A stretch of 64,000 nucleotides of DNA from Lama glama (taxonomy: Eukaryota): NCBI GenBank assembly GCA_028534125.1, contig CM052839.1, positions 33,914,001-33,978,000 of the forward strand, written 5' to 3'. How positions within the stretch are numbered: position 1 is the first letter of the stretch; the number at the start of each line of letters is the position of its first letter. The translations under genes and the position numbers were made by a program. This document shows positions 1 to 13,242 of the stretch, in pieces. Below the pieces are notes generated by a model that searched no databases, had not been told where the DNA came from, and saw only the letters and a program-made list of their open reading frames with translations.

Positions 1-369
1 TACCATTGGTCTTCCACAGTATTCTTGCTGCTTCTTGTGCTGCTACTTGGTTGAGAACATTGAAGAGTTCTTGTCACAACTTTAGGGCAGTTTCATTTCT
101 TATTTTTATTTATCTATTTATTTACTCTCCACATGAAGTAACAGGTTTTACTAGGTCTACATCTCTTAAATGTTTTTCCAGTTAATATTACATGTTTCTT
201 CTGAAGTAGAGTCACAGTGGAGGGGTACAGAGATCTCATTCAGGGCCTTTCTTGGACATGTGGCTTTAACTATAACAACGATAGCTTTTGAAGGCTTTTA
301 GTCTGTTGCTACCAAGTGGTCATACATGCAGAATTCTCTGGACAAGGAAAGGCTAGCTTCCAATTACTC

Positions 370-830
370 AGAGCTTAATGTGTGTTGAGCTCAGTACTGT
401 TTACATTATATGTGTTATTTTACTTCATTCTTGTCTTAAGCCTGTGAGGTGGTCATTATCCCCATTTTACGGATGTGGAAGCTGTACTTCAGTGATAATT
501 CATTTTTCCAAGGTTATATTGTTAGTAAATGGCAGAGCTAGTGTACAGAGCCAATGAGGTGAGCCCTTTTATTCTCCCCATTTTATGGATTAGGAAACAG
601 AGCCTCTGAGGTTATATAACTCGCTGAGGTAACTAATACATGACTAACCAAGATTTCAGCTGAGGCAGGCGGGCTCCAGAGTCCCTGCTTTTTTTTTATT
701 TTTTTCTATTTTTTCTTTTTATTGAGTTATAGTCATTTTACAATGTTGTGTCAAATTCCAGTGTAGAGCACAATTTTTCAGTCATACACAGAGTCCCTGC
801 TTTTAACCACTGTACTGTGCTTCCTCTATA
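370..830. mobile_element. Two MIR SINE remnants
   Basis: MIR core attatccccattttacggatgtggaagctg and ccccattttatggattaggaaacagag. Confidence 0.65.
693..788 (-). mobile_element. Severely 5'-truncated L1 3'-end insertion inside a MIR
   Basis: Poly-T, 16-bp TSD cagagtccctgctttt (677-692, 789-804); reverse complement nearly matches 26715-26780. Confidence 0.85.
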
Positions 831-1317
831 GTATGACAGGGAAGATTTTCGTTTAGTGTTCTCTAAGAAAAATCTATCGGTAATTGAATATGGCTCTAAA
901 GCAAGAAAATTATAATGAAGGAGCACCTTTCGGTCATTTTGCTGACTTAAAATTCTTCAGAAAGTTTTCTTCAAAAAGTTTTTATGCAACTGGAAACTCT
1001 TGTCACATTGGGTAAGTTATCACTGGCTTAGTCCATAGATTAAGAAGGTAATCCATCTGAAATAAGCTAATTAGAGAAACCAGCTAATTTTGAGAAGTGT
1101 CACTGAAACACAAAAAGCAAAGGTTTTTTTTTTCCTAAGGAAATCTGTGTAGAAAAAAAAATGGAATGTCATCCTTGCCAAGAGATCAGTTCTGTACCAA
1201 ATCAGGGGAAGGTCAGATGATCATGGTTCCTGAGATTGTTCTGCTGCTGTTTAAGTTACCAGCCAAAGAAGTGATCGTTTCAGCAGTTCTGAAATGCATG
1301 TTGAGAATAGACTTAAG

Positions 1318-1364
1318 ACACACACACACACACACACACACACGCATGCACGCACGCGCGCGCG
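1318..1364. repeat. (CA)n microsatellite grading into (CG)n
   Basis: 47 bp of uninterrupted purine-pyrimidine alternation. Confidence 0.95.
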
Positions 1365-1919
1365 GAAAGAGAAAAACAAAAATAACGACAATGAAGTATA
1401 AGATTTGATTTGTGTTCCAGTTACCTATTTTGAAAAGATTTACATTTTAGGAGAAATGTGATCCAGACTAAACAACAAATAGCCTATAGGTGGTATTTTT
1501 TAAAGTTCGTCTAGGGCATCTTTCCTCTAAAAATTAACATTGGAATTTTATGGTGAGACCCAGATTTCGTCAACATTCAGGATACTGAATATGCGAAACA
1601 ACCTTGTTTATTTGTTTGTCATTTTTGTGTTTTTTAACCTATCTCTTCCACGAGAATGGGTCAGGATTTAAATTATTTTTCAGGACTATGTCCCCAGCTC
1701 CTAGCGCAATGCGTAGCACATAAATATGTGTTAAATGAATCAATAAATTGTAGTCTGTTCTCTATACTGAAGCCTAAGTAATCTTTACAAAACGTACCTT
1801 TGTTTTTGCTACTTAAGAGCTGTCAGTGGCTCCTCATTGCCCTTGGATGGAATCCAAACTCCCTTCTTAAAACATCCCATGCACTATAATAAAGGGTCTT
1901 TACTTTTTATATCTAGCCC

Positions 1920-2132
1920 CAGGTTTCTCAGCCTCAGCACTGTTGACATTTTGGGCTAGATAATTCTTTGTTTGGGGGCTGTCCTGTTTATTGTAATATG
2001 TTAAGAAGGATCTCTGGCCTCTACTCACTAGCCAGTAACATTCTCCCCACCCCCAGCTGTGGTGACCCAAACTGTCTCCAGACGCTGCCATATGTCCCCT
2101 GGGAGCAAAGCCACCCCAGTTGAAAACCCCTG
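1920..2132 (+). mobile_element. MER20-like hAT-Charlie MITE inserted in L2
   Basis: caggtttctcagcctcagcactgttgacattttggg...gttgaaaacccctg with imperfect TIRs. Confidence 0.85.
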
Positions 2133-2409
2133 CTATGTCTTATCTCCCACCACTCCCCACTCACTCATACTCTAGCCACACTAAAACTGATTTCAGTTCC
2201 TTGAACCTGTAAAGCTGCGTCTTGCCTGAGGGCCTTTGCATGTACTGTTTTCCTCTGCCTGGAACTCTACTGCCTCATCCCTCAGATTGCAGCTGAAATT
2301 TTGCTTCTTCTAAGAAGCCTTCTCTGGCTGTCATAAATTACTTATTTACATGCCCCATCCATGTGGTGCCTCAGCATCTTCTATTTCCTCTCTGATAGTG
2401 CTTTTCCCC

Positions 2410-3310
2410 CACCAGTTTTATTGAGATATAATTGACATATGACATTGTATTAGTTAAAAATGATGTGTGTGCATATTGTGAAATGATTAGCACAGTAAGT
2501 TTAGTTAATACTCATCATCGCACATAGTTACAGAATATTTTTCTTCTGATGAGAACTGTTAAGATCTACTCTCTTAACCACTTTCAAATATACGATATAA
2601 TATTAACTGCCATCACCATGTTGTACAACATTGCAGTAATAAGAATAATGTTGCAGACACCATCCACTGATGGATACTAAAATTAGTGGTCAGAAATTTG
2701 AGGAGAAACAGGATTTGCATTATCTCAAAGTATCTCCCCCAAGATATTTGTTAACTACAAAGGATAATATAGTAACTTCACAGCAGAGAAACTTTTACCT
2801 TAACCAAGTGATCAAGGTCAGCATGACCAGTAACAGGACACATCAATATCGTGAGCCCTGGAACGTGACCCACTGATAATGACACAACATTGTTTATGTG
2901 GTATTCTTGCCCAAAAGTCACAGTTGGGTTGTGAGGAAGACTCCACATTGACTGCCATTCAACAAAATAACTGATCAGTACTCTCCAAAAGTGTCAAGGT
3001 CATAAAAGACAAAGACTGAGGAGCTCTTACAGACTACCAGAGTCTAAGGAGAAATAACAACTAAAAGCAAATGGGGTCCTGGACAGAATGCTGGACCAGA
3101 AAAAGTCTTTAGCGGGCAACTGGCAAAATTTGAATGATGCCTTTCGTTAATAGAATTGTGCCAGTGTTACTTCCTGGTTTGGATAATTCTGCTATGGTTA
3201 CATAAGGTGTTAAGGGAAGCTAGGTAAGGGATATATAGAAACCCACATCTTTTTGCAATATTTCTGTAGGCCTAAAATTAGTTCAAAATAAAAAGTTTAA
3301 AAAGATAAAT
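2410..3310. mobile_element. Two adjacent L1 3'UTR fragments (minus L1MA-like about 2410-2630; plus L1MC/MD-like about 2630-3310)
   Basis: tttattgagatataattgacat...; ctaaaattagttcaaaataaaaagttt terminus; subfamilies by recognition only. Confidence 0.65.
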
Positions 3311-4552
3311 AAAAGTTCTGCTGCCCCCCCTCCAAAAGAAGAGCTCCAAGCTGGAAAATTACTGAAGCTGAACCCAAGTCTGGAGCTATTCTTAGCTTCC
3401 AGTCCCAGGATGAGGATTAGAGTCAGAGTTGAGGGGCAGGAGAAAAGGAAGAGAAGGTTGTTTTTTACACTGAGCCTCCAGGCCCCTAGAAACACTAAAA
3501 GCCAAATTGATGTGTTGGGAGGGATGTGCTGAGTCAGAAAACAGTCAGGTGGTGGTGACGGAGTTCTAGAAGGAGTGATGAAAAAGAGACAGGGAACAAG
3601 AGTATGAGAGCAGACCTGAAGGAAGGTCAGTGGCAACATTAGAATTTAAGTGACAGTCATTATGTAAATCAAATTTTTATATCCAGATGAATTCCACATA
3701 TTCAAAGCTCCCTTTTCTTTATGTGAGATTAGCCTAATCCTTTCACCGATTATTCATTGAAAGTAGAAAATAATCTTTAAAGAGTGAAGGCCTGGGACTT
3801 TTAACACAGGCTTAACAGGTTTGCTGCTGTTCAGTCATTTGATTAGGGCCTTTGATGAGGATTATGCTTAGTTTGATCATTTCTGTGTACAGCATTAAAT
3901 CAGAACCTTTTCTACCCAAGGCTATACTGGCCTCCAGTCTTTTTTTTTTTTTTTTTTTTTTAAATCTGTATAGCCTACAACCTTGCCCTTTTTTTTCTTC
4001 CCTCACAGGAGTAATCTGAAAGTTACTCACTGTCTTCCTGTAAGAATTAACACAGTTCTGGTCATATCAGATATATTTTGGATAGAACTGTTTTAATCAG
4101 AAGTTCAGGGATGTAACATGAGGAAAACTTGAAATAGAAAAAAATTAATAACATAAGAAAGACGTAGCTGAAAATGAAATTTCAGCAAGTCATTGTGAGA
4201 GACAAGAATTCACCAAAGAGAAAGGTTTTACCTGCTGATTTATTGGGGGTGGACTAATCCTGAACCATTTCCAAGAGGTTGAAATAATAGTGACTGAGTA
4301 TTGGTGGCCGAGACGACTTCCTCAGAGTTGTAGGGGAGTGATCTAATATCCATCACTGAACACTGGTGCAATGACAGACTGAAAGGAAAAGCTACATTCT
4401 CAGACTTGTTTCCTGTTTGTATATGTAGAAAGAGTGGTAGATGATGCCCATAGACAATTTGGGGAGAGAATGCCAAATGCTTTTTGACAGTATACTTACC
4501 TACTATGTGACTACTTTGAAATGTCTAGTAAGTGACCTATTTTGAGCCAACA

Positions 4553-4615
4553 TACAAATTTCATGAAGATGTTGAGTGGTCTTGTACAAACTTCATGAAG
4601 ATGTTGAATGGTCTT
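4553..4615. repeat. 32-bp tandem duplication
   Basis: tacaaa(t/c)ttcatgaagatgttga(g/a)tggtctt twice, two mismatches. Confidence 0.92.
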
Positions 4616-5497
4616 TCTGCCTGAGTTCTGCAGAGGAATTGAGATTTTCTACTTACTTAGAAAGCCTAAAAAATATCTAAAATTAAAAGAAAGAAAGGCA
4701 GCTATAGAGGGGGTTTAGCTATGATCTTTGTTGGATTAAAACCTCATTTAACCAAAAGCATAGATGATTTTTAATGAAATCAGTAAAAAGAACCCTCTTC
4801 CTAGATTTCAGAATTTTTGTCTTCAAACTTGTATCCCATTACTTTAGGTAAAGAGTGAAGAGTTATAGCTGATTTGCTCAGCTGTGCTTTGCCTCATCAT
4901 GTGAAATCAATTGAGGTAAAATATGATGAAAGTTCATATTGATTCAGAGGTTTGCCATTTGCTTTTTATAAAGTAGAGATTTGTGTCCATGTGGGCATAA
5001 CCACTGGCATTCACTGTTCATTGAGAGGACAGATCAATTGCTGCCAAGTTTTCTCCTGAGGTTTCTTATGTTGTGCTTAAGATAGATAATAAAGGAGTGA
5101 TCAATCTGTCTACAGAAAAGAGTGGAGATTTTTAAGTAGAATTCATTTCCAGTTCCACGTCGTGTTCAGACATTATTGCTTCACTCACAAGCAATTCCTG
5201 CCCTCATCTTTATATGTGTTGTAACATTTCCTGTATTGTTCAGTTTTTTTCTAATGCTTAGAAGAATTTCAACTGTATTTTTAAAAAGTGACATTTCCAG
5301 CATTTGTTAAAGAGCAGGATGCCCAACCTAAAGATGAAGAGTCTTTTCAAAGCAGGACACGTTCGTGGATGACTGTGTTCTCTGAGAGATGGTTGAAGAG
5401 TTGGAGTCCCGTAGTGTAACTGAATCCTCCTGGGGCAAATTTCAAATCCCTGTAGGCACAAAGCCAGTAGCTGAAAAAGAGAGAATACACAGAACTT

Positions 5498-5562
5498 TGG
5501 TGATGACCGTGATGATGATGGAGAGGAAGAGAAGAGGAAGAAGGCGATGGTGGTGGTGGTGG
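5498..5562. repeat. Low-complexity mixed trinucleotide tract (GAT/GAA/GGT)
   Basis: Seen directly; explains the spurious poly-W, poly-P and poly-H ORFs. Confidence 0.8.
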
Positions 5563-6461
5563 CACCCGCTAACATTACTGCACATTTCCTGTGTTCTGTG
5601 CACCCAGCCAGGTGCTTTCATACATTCAAGCTGAATCTCCCTTGCAGTTCCTTGTTACCTATAGGATCCCATCACTTTTGTGGGTAGTATGGTATCAACA
5701 GAGTGGTGTGTATTAAAATCACCCCCCTCTGCACTTGCCCTTGAGACAAAGCGAACAACCAGAAGGTATGGAGGGAGCCCTGTACGAATTCAAACAAACA
5801 AAAAAAACAGAGCTAAAAATTCCAAGTTCCAGCCAGACCTTGGATAATATTAAGACTCATCCATATTCTAAGTTCTTTGAATTTAACACCTGAATCTAAC
5901 AAAAATCTCACCCCTTTCCTTCTTCCTGTTACCTAATTCTTATTCTATCTCTGGGTGCTCAGGAAATATCTAGTGATAACTTTTAAATCTAAATTATTTT
6001 TATAAGGCTGTTTATAACACAACTATAATTTTATATGATAATTAAGAAGCGTATGTTTGTTGAATCTAACATATGGTATTTCTCTGATTATTTTATTCCT
6101 AATGCTTTGTTACAAGATCAGACTCTTTCTTGTACTGCTACATGCCAGATAAGTAGAGATTAATGTAAATCTTCATTCTCAGGCCTGCTTCCTGTTTCTT
6201 GTAATCCAGAATGGAAACTCAATTTGTATTTATAAATGTTAATTATGAATTATAATTTCATATATATACAACAGAAATAATCATGTCAAATTTCTGATCC
6301 TAGATAAATCAGGCCTTTTCTAAGTTAGCAGCGTTTACTTTTACTTGAAAAAGTTGAGGAATGTGGAGAAGGAAGACAGTGTTAGAGAACAATCATATGA
6401 TAACCACGACTGTGCTCTTGCTCCTCATAAACCTGTTTGCATTCACATCTTTCTCTCGTAG

Positions 6462-6875
<414 letters not shown>

Positions 6876-8059
6876 TAAAAATTTCTCCAGGGATTGCTAC
6901 TTCCTCCTTTCTTTCTAAAAATTTTCATTCTCATTTCCAAGTATTATGCATTTTTCTTGAACCAAAGATAGTAGAGTTTCCAGTCCTTTCTGTGGAGTTC
7001 AAATAAATCAGTAGAGCCATGACTCCAACTCAGTGTCATGGAGTTTTTATGATTAGAAACCTCCTCAGTCTCTATATTTGCTATTTTTCTTTTTATTATT
7101 CCACAGTTCACGTAAAATGAAGTGGCATCCAGGGTTACATAACTCTGTGTATATACTAAAAATTACTTAAGGGTCCACTAAATGTATGAAGACATTTTTA
7201 AGAAGTAGGGGAAATGGAATCCATCTCCTCCTCATGCTCATGCCTTTTCTCCCTTTTCACTCTGTGACTCTAGTGTTGGCTGTGGCCTAAGTGTAACCAT
7301 CGCCTCCTTCACCCATCTCTCTGCCCCATCCCTTTCACAATGTTTTGTCAATTCTGGAAGCCGAAGAAAAGGATCTGAGTAAGCATGAGATTCCTGGGAT
7401 ATCCTGTTTATTCCTGAGAGACTTACATATTTTCCTTGGCAGTTTTGGAGGCATTCATAGGAAAAAGTGATTCTAATTTACATTCTCTTGGCACTGTCTT
7501 CAGTTATGTCAACTCTCATGCTGGTTACTTGGATATGAACTCTGATGAACTCTGTCTGTACCTCTGTTACCTGTTAGCCTTTCCATACCCTAGACTTTTT
7601 TAAACATTAGAATTCCTCTGCAAATATTTTAAGTGTATTTTCTGTACATTCAGCCAATCTCTCATCCTGTTAATTCTGCCTTCTTGGTGTTTTTCACATC
7701 CGTTAATCTCAAAATCATTCCTACCATTGTCACCCTCGAGGCTATTCAGTTGCCCATGACATCACATCTGTGTTGCTATGCTTTCTGGCCTTCTCTGGTC
7801 TTCTGATCTGGTGCTTCTTTCACATCATAACGGTCTTGGGAAGTTATTAAAATTTGTATAGCACACTGGAATAAAAAAAAGTCATGACTCCTCATGGCTG
7901 GGCATGACGGGCCTTGAAGCTCCAACTGTACCAAGCCCGATGCCCTGAGGGCTGAAAGGATTCATTTTTAAGACACACCTTTGACCCATTCATGACATAC
8001 CGGGTGGGCAGTCTCTGCCTCAGTCTCTCTAGTCTTCTATACTTTATGTACTGCTTCCA

Positions 8060-8745
8060 GGTAAAAATTCATAAAACATTGCTCTGATCACTAAATGTCC
8101 CTGTTCAGAAACCTCCAATGGCTCTCTATTACCTCACTGAGTTAACTTCCAGTTAACTCCTTAGTCTATCATTTAAGGTACTTAATGGCTTAGATCCACC
8201 CTGCTTTCCAGCCTTATTATCCACTTTCCATGTCTTTACATGTAAACTAGCACATCCATTAGTCCTTAAACACTCCGCTACATTTTTCTGCCTCCATACA
8301 TTTGCTTATTGTTTCCTTTTCTTGATATGCCTTCTCTTCACATCTCTGCCTGTCAGAATTCTAACCACCTTTCAAGGACCAGCTTAAATACCACCTCATT
8401 CGTGGAATACCACCTATCCCCTCTAGTAAGTTACGGTATCCTTTCAAATTGACATTAGGCTTTTTTATCTCTCACTTATGGTACTTCACACATTACTATA
8501 TATGTAATAAGAACTTAAATTTTTATAACTAACATTTTTTGAACACTTATTATATGTCTTTGTGCTTATATATATTATATTATATACCTTGTGCTTTATA
8601 AGAATTAATTATTTCTGTACTTATCCCTTTGACTAAATTGTTTGCTACTGAAGTTAGGAACCTTTTCTTAATTCAGCTGTTATCCTTCATAGTGACTACC
8701 TCACCTTGAACATAGTGGGCATTTCAGGGAATAAATTTTGAACAA
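8060..8745 (+). mobile_element. L2 3' remnant
   Basis: aaacctccaatggctctc...ttcaaggaccagcttaaataccacctc...gaacaaat. Confidence 0.6.
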
Positions 8746-9049
8746 ATAGTGACCATAGAAATTGATCACATATGGGGTATTTGAAGGAAGGGCAGTAATA
8801 CAAGGATCTACATCTTATGGCTTATTCAAGGAGAATATCCAAATGCTTGCAGACTCACCTCCAGATTCTCAACATAATTCATGTGTTTTATAATTTTGCT
8901 ACTGGATATATTTGCTGCTCATTGGGTCTCCATGAGCAGCTTTAGATATCCCCATTGAAAAATGTTGTTCTGAGTGAATTTAATCATTCTGTCAAACTCC
9001 CATGTTCTTATCCTTAAAACAAAATCACCGTCATGAGCAGTAGCTGGAA

Positions 9050-11620
9050 ACACAATTTATAAAATAAAGTAAATACTAAAAATTATTTGATTAGTCTAAA
9101 AGAAAGCAGGAAAGAAAGAACAGAATAATTTTTTTGGAGATGAAACAAGCAGGATGAGAGAGAAAAATCAACCATATCAATAATTATATTAAATTTAAAT
9201 GGACCAAATACATCTGTCAAAAGGCAGGAACTGTCAGATTGGATAAAAAGCAAGACCCAACCATATGCTATTTGCAGGAAACATTATTTAAAGACACAGA
9301 TTGAAAGTGAAAGCATAGAAAAATATATACCCTATAAACATGGAGCACAGGAAGCTGGAGTGGGTATATTAATGTAAGACACAGGAGACTTCAAGACGAG
9401 GACTATTGCCAGAGGGGCATTTGATAACCATAAAAGGATCAATTCATCAGATAAAATAATCCTAAATGTGTATGCATCTAATAATGGAGGTTCAAAATAC
9501 ATGAATCAAAAACTAACTGAACTGAAGAGATAAATATGCAAATACTCATAGTTGGAGATTTTTTAACACTTCTTTCTTAATAACTATTAGAACAAGTAGA
9601 CAGAAATATCAGTAAGTATATAGAAGATTTGAACAACACTGTCAACCAACTTGATCCAATTGACATTTATAGAACACTACCCAATAACTATACAATATAC
9701 AGTCTTTTCAAGTGCACAGTGACCATATTCTGGGCCATAAAATAAGTCCGAAATTTTCAAAAAATTAAAATCTATAGAAAATGTTCTCTGAGATAATAGA
9801 ATTAAATTATAAGTCAGTACACATAAAATCCTCCAATATTTAGAAATTTAACAACATACTTCTAAATAACCCATGAAACAAAGAAGAAATTACAAAGGAA
9901 ATTAAAGTGTATTTCAAAATGAGTAATATGAAATCAATGGTTAAGTTTGTGGCTTAATAAACTAGAAAAAAAATGAGGAAAATAAATCCAGAGTAAGTAG
10001 GAAGAAGTAAATAATAAAAAGCAAGAGCAACCATCAGTGAAATAGAAAAAAATTAATAGTAAAATGAATAAACCCTTAGCAAGATTGATCAAGAAAATGA
10101 GAGAAAAACACAAATTAACATCAGGCATGGAAAAGGAGACAGCACAAATGACCAAAACACTCTTGAAAAAGAAAAAAATTAGAAGACCAACAGTACTTGG
10201 TTTCAAGACATAATATAAGGCTACAGAAATCATGACAGGCAGTAAGTGTTAGTAGATGTTTAACAATCAGCCCAGAGGTGGGGGCCTGATTTGAACATAA
10301 AAAATGTAGCGATCAGCTCTCATGAGCCAACTTGAGGTAGCTCTAGCACTCCACTGACAAGGTGGTATTCCCACAAGGATAGATAAACAGATCAATGGAA
10401 CAGAATGGAGAATCTAAAAATAAACCCACATATATGGAGGCAGTTGACCTTCCTCAAAGGTACCAAGACAATTTGGAAAATAATTTTGTCATTAAATGAT
10501 ACTACAACAACTGGATACATGTATGGAAAAAATTAATCTCAATCCTTACCTTACACCATATATAAAAATTAATTCAAGGTAGATCATTATCCAAAATAAA
10601 AAGCTAATAGGAAAAACATAGAAGGATATCTTTATACCTGCTTGGGGTAGGTAAAGATTTCTAAGGACCTAAAAATCATTAGTCATGTAAGAAAATTTAA
10701 TAAATTGAACTTCATCAAAATTTTAAATGTCTCCTCAACATAAGATACCACTAAGGAAAAGGAAAAGCAGATCACAAAAAGAAAATAATTCACTCTGTGT
10801 GTGTGTGTGTGGAACAAAGCACTTGTATCCACAGTTCCTAAAGAGTTTCTATAAATCATTGATGGAGAGATAAATAATCCAATTTTTAAATGGACAAAAG
10901 ATTTAGACACTTCACAAAAGAAGATATACAAATAGCCTACCAGCACGTAAAAAGTTGTTTACCATCATTAGTCATCAGGGAAAGCAAATTAAAATCATAA
11001 TGAGATACAACTTTACTCCCACTACAGTGATTAAAATTTTTAAAGTTGAACATCAGATGTTGGTGAAAATGATAAGCAGCTGGAACCTTATACATTGCTG
11101 GAGAGAGCTGAAAATGGTACAACTGCTTTGGGAAACTATTTGGAAGTTCCTTATAAAGTTAAATATAAGTTTGCTTTGTGACCAGGGAATTCTATTCCTA
11201 TATATTTACCCAAAAGAAATGAAAACATATATCTACAAAAAGACTCATACAACAATGTTTATATCAGCTTTATTCAGAGTAGTTAAAAACTGGAAACAAC
11301 CTGAATGTCCTTCAACATAAACATAGTATATTCATTCAATGGATGTTCAATGAATTCTTAGTATTAAATTCTTAGTATTCTTCTTAGTGTTGTTCTTACA
11401 CTCATATCAGTGGTGATATGAATTAGAACAGTGGTTGCCTATTGGGGATTGAGAGGGAATCTAAGGAAACTCTCTGGAGTGATAGAGATGTTCTATATTT
11501 TGATCAAGATGTTAGTTTCATGAGTATATATACTTGTCAAAACTCACCAAAGTGTACAGTTAAGATCTGCACAATTAATTGTATTAATTGTATATACATT
11601 TTATCACAATAATTTTTTAA
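9050..11620 (+). mobile_element. Old, internally deleted L1 (L1M-type) with ORF2 remnants and 3'UTR
   Basis: A-rich; endonuclease-like start near 9170-9900; C-terminal peptide (ORF 10955..11320: MRYNFTP...LIHCWRE...YIYPKE). Confidence 0.85.
10240..10356. mobile_element. Short MER63-like element nested in L1
   Basis: cagtaagtgttagtagatgtttaacaatcagc...ctagcactccactg interrupts L1 ORF2-like sequence. Confidence 0.6.
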
Positions 11621-13050
11621 ATAGAGAATTTTTTTTAAAGTAGCTGGAGTTTTCTTTCCAGGAGAGTTCAGTGGATAACAGTTTGAATTTAGATTCAGAA
11701 GCTAGATATCAAATTATACACTTTACTTCAAAAAATGAAAGTCAACATTTTTCACGGTACTTTAAGGTTCTACAAGTATGGTGACTAAAACACACATACA
11801 TATAAAACAAATGGTAAAGTTTTGAAGTTTTTTGGAGAGCTTTTGCTTCAGTCACCAATGTGAAATGAAAGGAGATACTAGTTTGTTATCACAACTAACA
11901 GGAAGATAATTCACATGTAACGTGCAGCTTTTTTGAACCAAAAAATGTTGTCTGATATGAGCCTTTTCATTTTTGATAATTCCTATACAATACACCAGTA
12001 ACAAAATCTCATGTACTGGGGTTCAGTTTTGACCACCTCTTTTCTTGCAGTTACTGTAATTCTTATTCCTCTCTGGAATCTAGGTAGAGTCTTGGAGTGG
12101 GACTACTAAGGAAGACAGTTCAAGTATTTACTAACATATGTGTAAGTGAGGGCAGTGGGGGATCCCTGCTGAATATGTATTTACAAGGGATTCAAAACAA
12201 GGGTTAAAGGGCTTACTTAGGAAACCTTTCCAGGGACTTGTCAGCCAGGACAGTGGCTCCTAAGCACCAGTCCATTTAAAGTTTTCCATGACAAAGTAAG
12301 AAAATAGAAACAGCCTAGAATTTGTGTGGATGTAAAATATAGATATATTTTTGCATAGATATATAAAGTTAGGTAGATTATATCCCTCCTTTTTTAATGT
12401 TAAAATATTTTTTATGCTGTGAAACTCTGATGATGTAATGAATGGCAGTTGTACTATAAGTGCTCTTACATGGCAAATTACAAAGTAGTAATCCTTTATT
12501 GGTCCCCAATTTTTTTTTAATTTTCATTTGTCTATAAAATCTTTTAAAAGCTACTGAGTTAGAGTATGTGTTTAAATAATCCACAGAAGTTTGAAAATGA
12601 GCAAGCTCATTTTCTTGTAAAGCTAGTTACATTTGAAAGGTAAAGACTAAAGATCAGTAAGTTCACACTTCTTAAATTTATCATTGAGAAACGTCATCAC
12701 TTAGCAAAAGAAAGGAAAACTTTTTAGGCTCTAAGTGTGTCATACTCATTTTTTAAAAGAAATAATAGATTGTCTACTTATGGGACGAGTAATATAATCT
12801 GGGGATTTATAGAAATGAAAGTTTAATTTTATTAGGAATTGAATTATTTCATTCTTTAAAATACTCAGATCATAAAATTTAGGGCTTGATCTTGATCTTG
12901 ATGCTTAAGAATGTGCTTGAAATATTTTTCCCAAAGAAAATCTCAACAGATGACTGCATTATCATCACCTTTTTCTCCATTTGACAGTCACTGCCTTCCT
13001 ACGAAGGAGCCTGGGTGAAGTTAAAGGGGATATACTTGAAGTGGTGGAGA

Positions 13051-13242
13051 CAGTGGTGTGCTGGCAAATTTTTAACAGCCAGCTTTGGGGTGAAGGGCTT
13101 GTAACATTTGCCAGTTTCCATTGTGTAAATAAGTAATCCTACTTTGGCCAATTTGAAGCTACCAGCCACTTAACAACCAGCTCTTGAAAATGTTACAGTG
13201 GGCTCTCCTGAACTAGCACAGGACAGCTCCAGCACACCACTG
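13051..13242. mobile_element. MER63-like hAT MITE
   Basis: Perfect 14-bp TIR cagtggtgtgctgg / ccagcacaccactg; 8-bp flanks ggtggaga / ggtggggt. Confidence 0.85.

Noticed and set aside
4553-4615. CRISPR-like 32-bp direct repeat
   Set aside because: Two adjacent copies, no spacer, no cas genes, mammalian intron.
5258-5634. ORFs with poly-W, poly-P, poly-H or poly-T runs
   Set aside because: Artefacts of the low-complexity trinucleotide tract.
8139-8159. 9-bp inverted repeat gagttaact-tcc-agttaactc
   Set aside because: Lies inside an L2 relic; a few such short hairpins are expected by chance.
10955-11320. 121-aa ORF as a novel gene (also 42786..42989)
   Set aside because: Decayed L1 ORF2 fragments.
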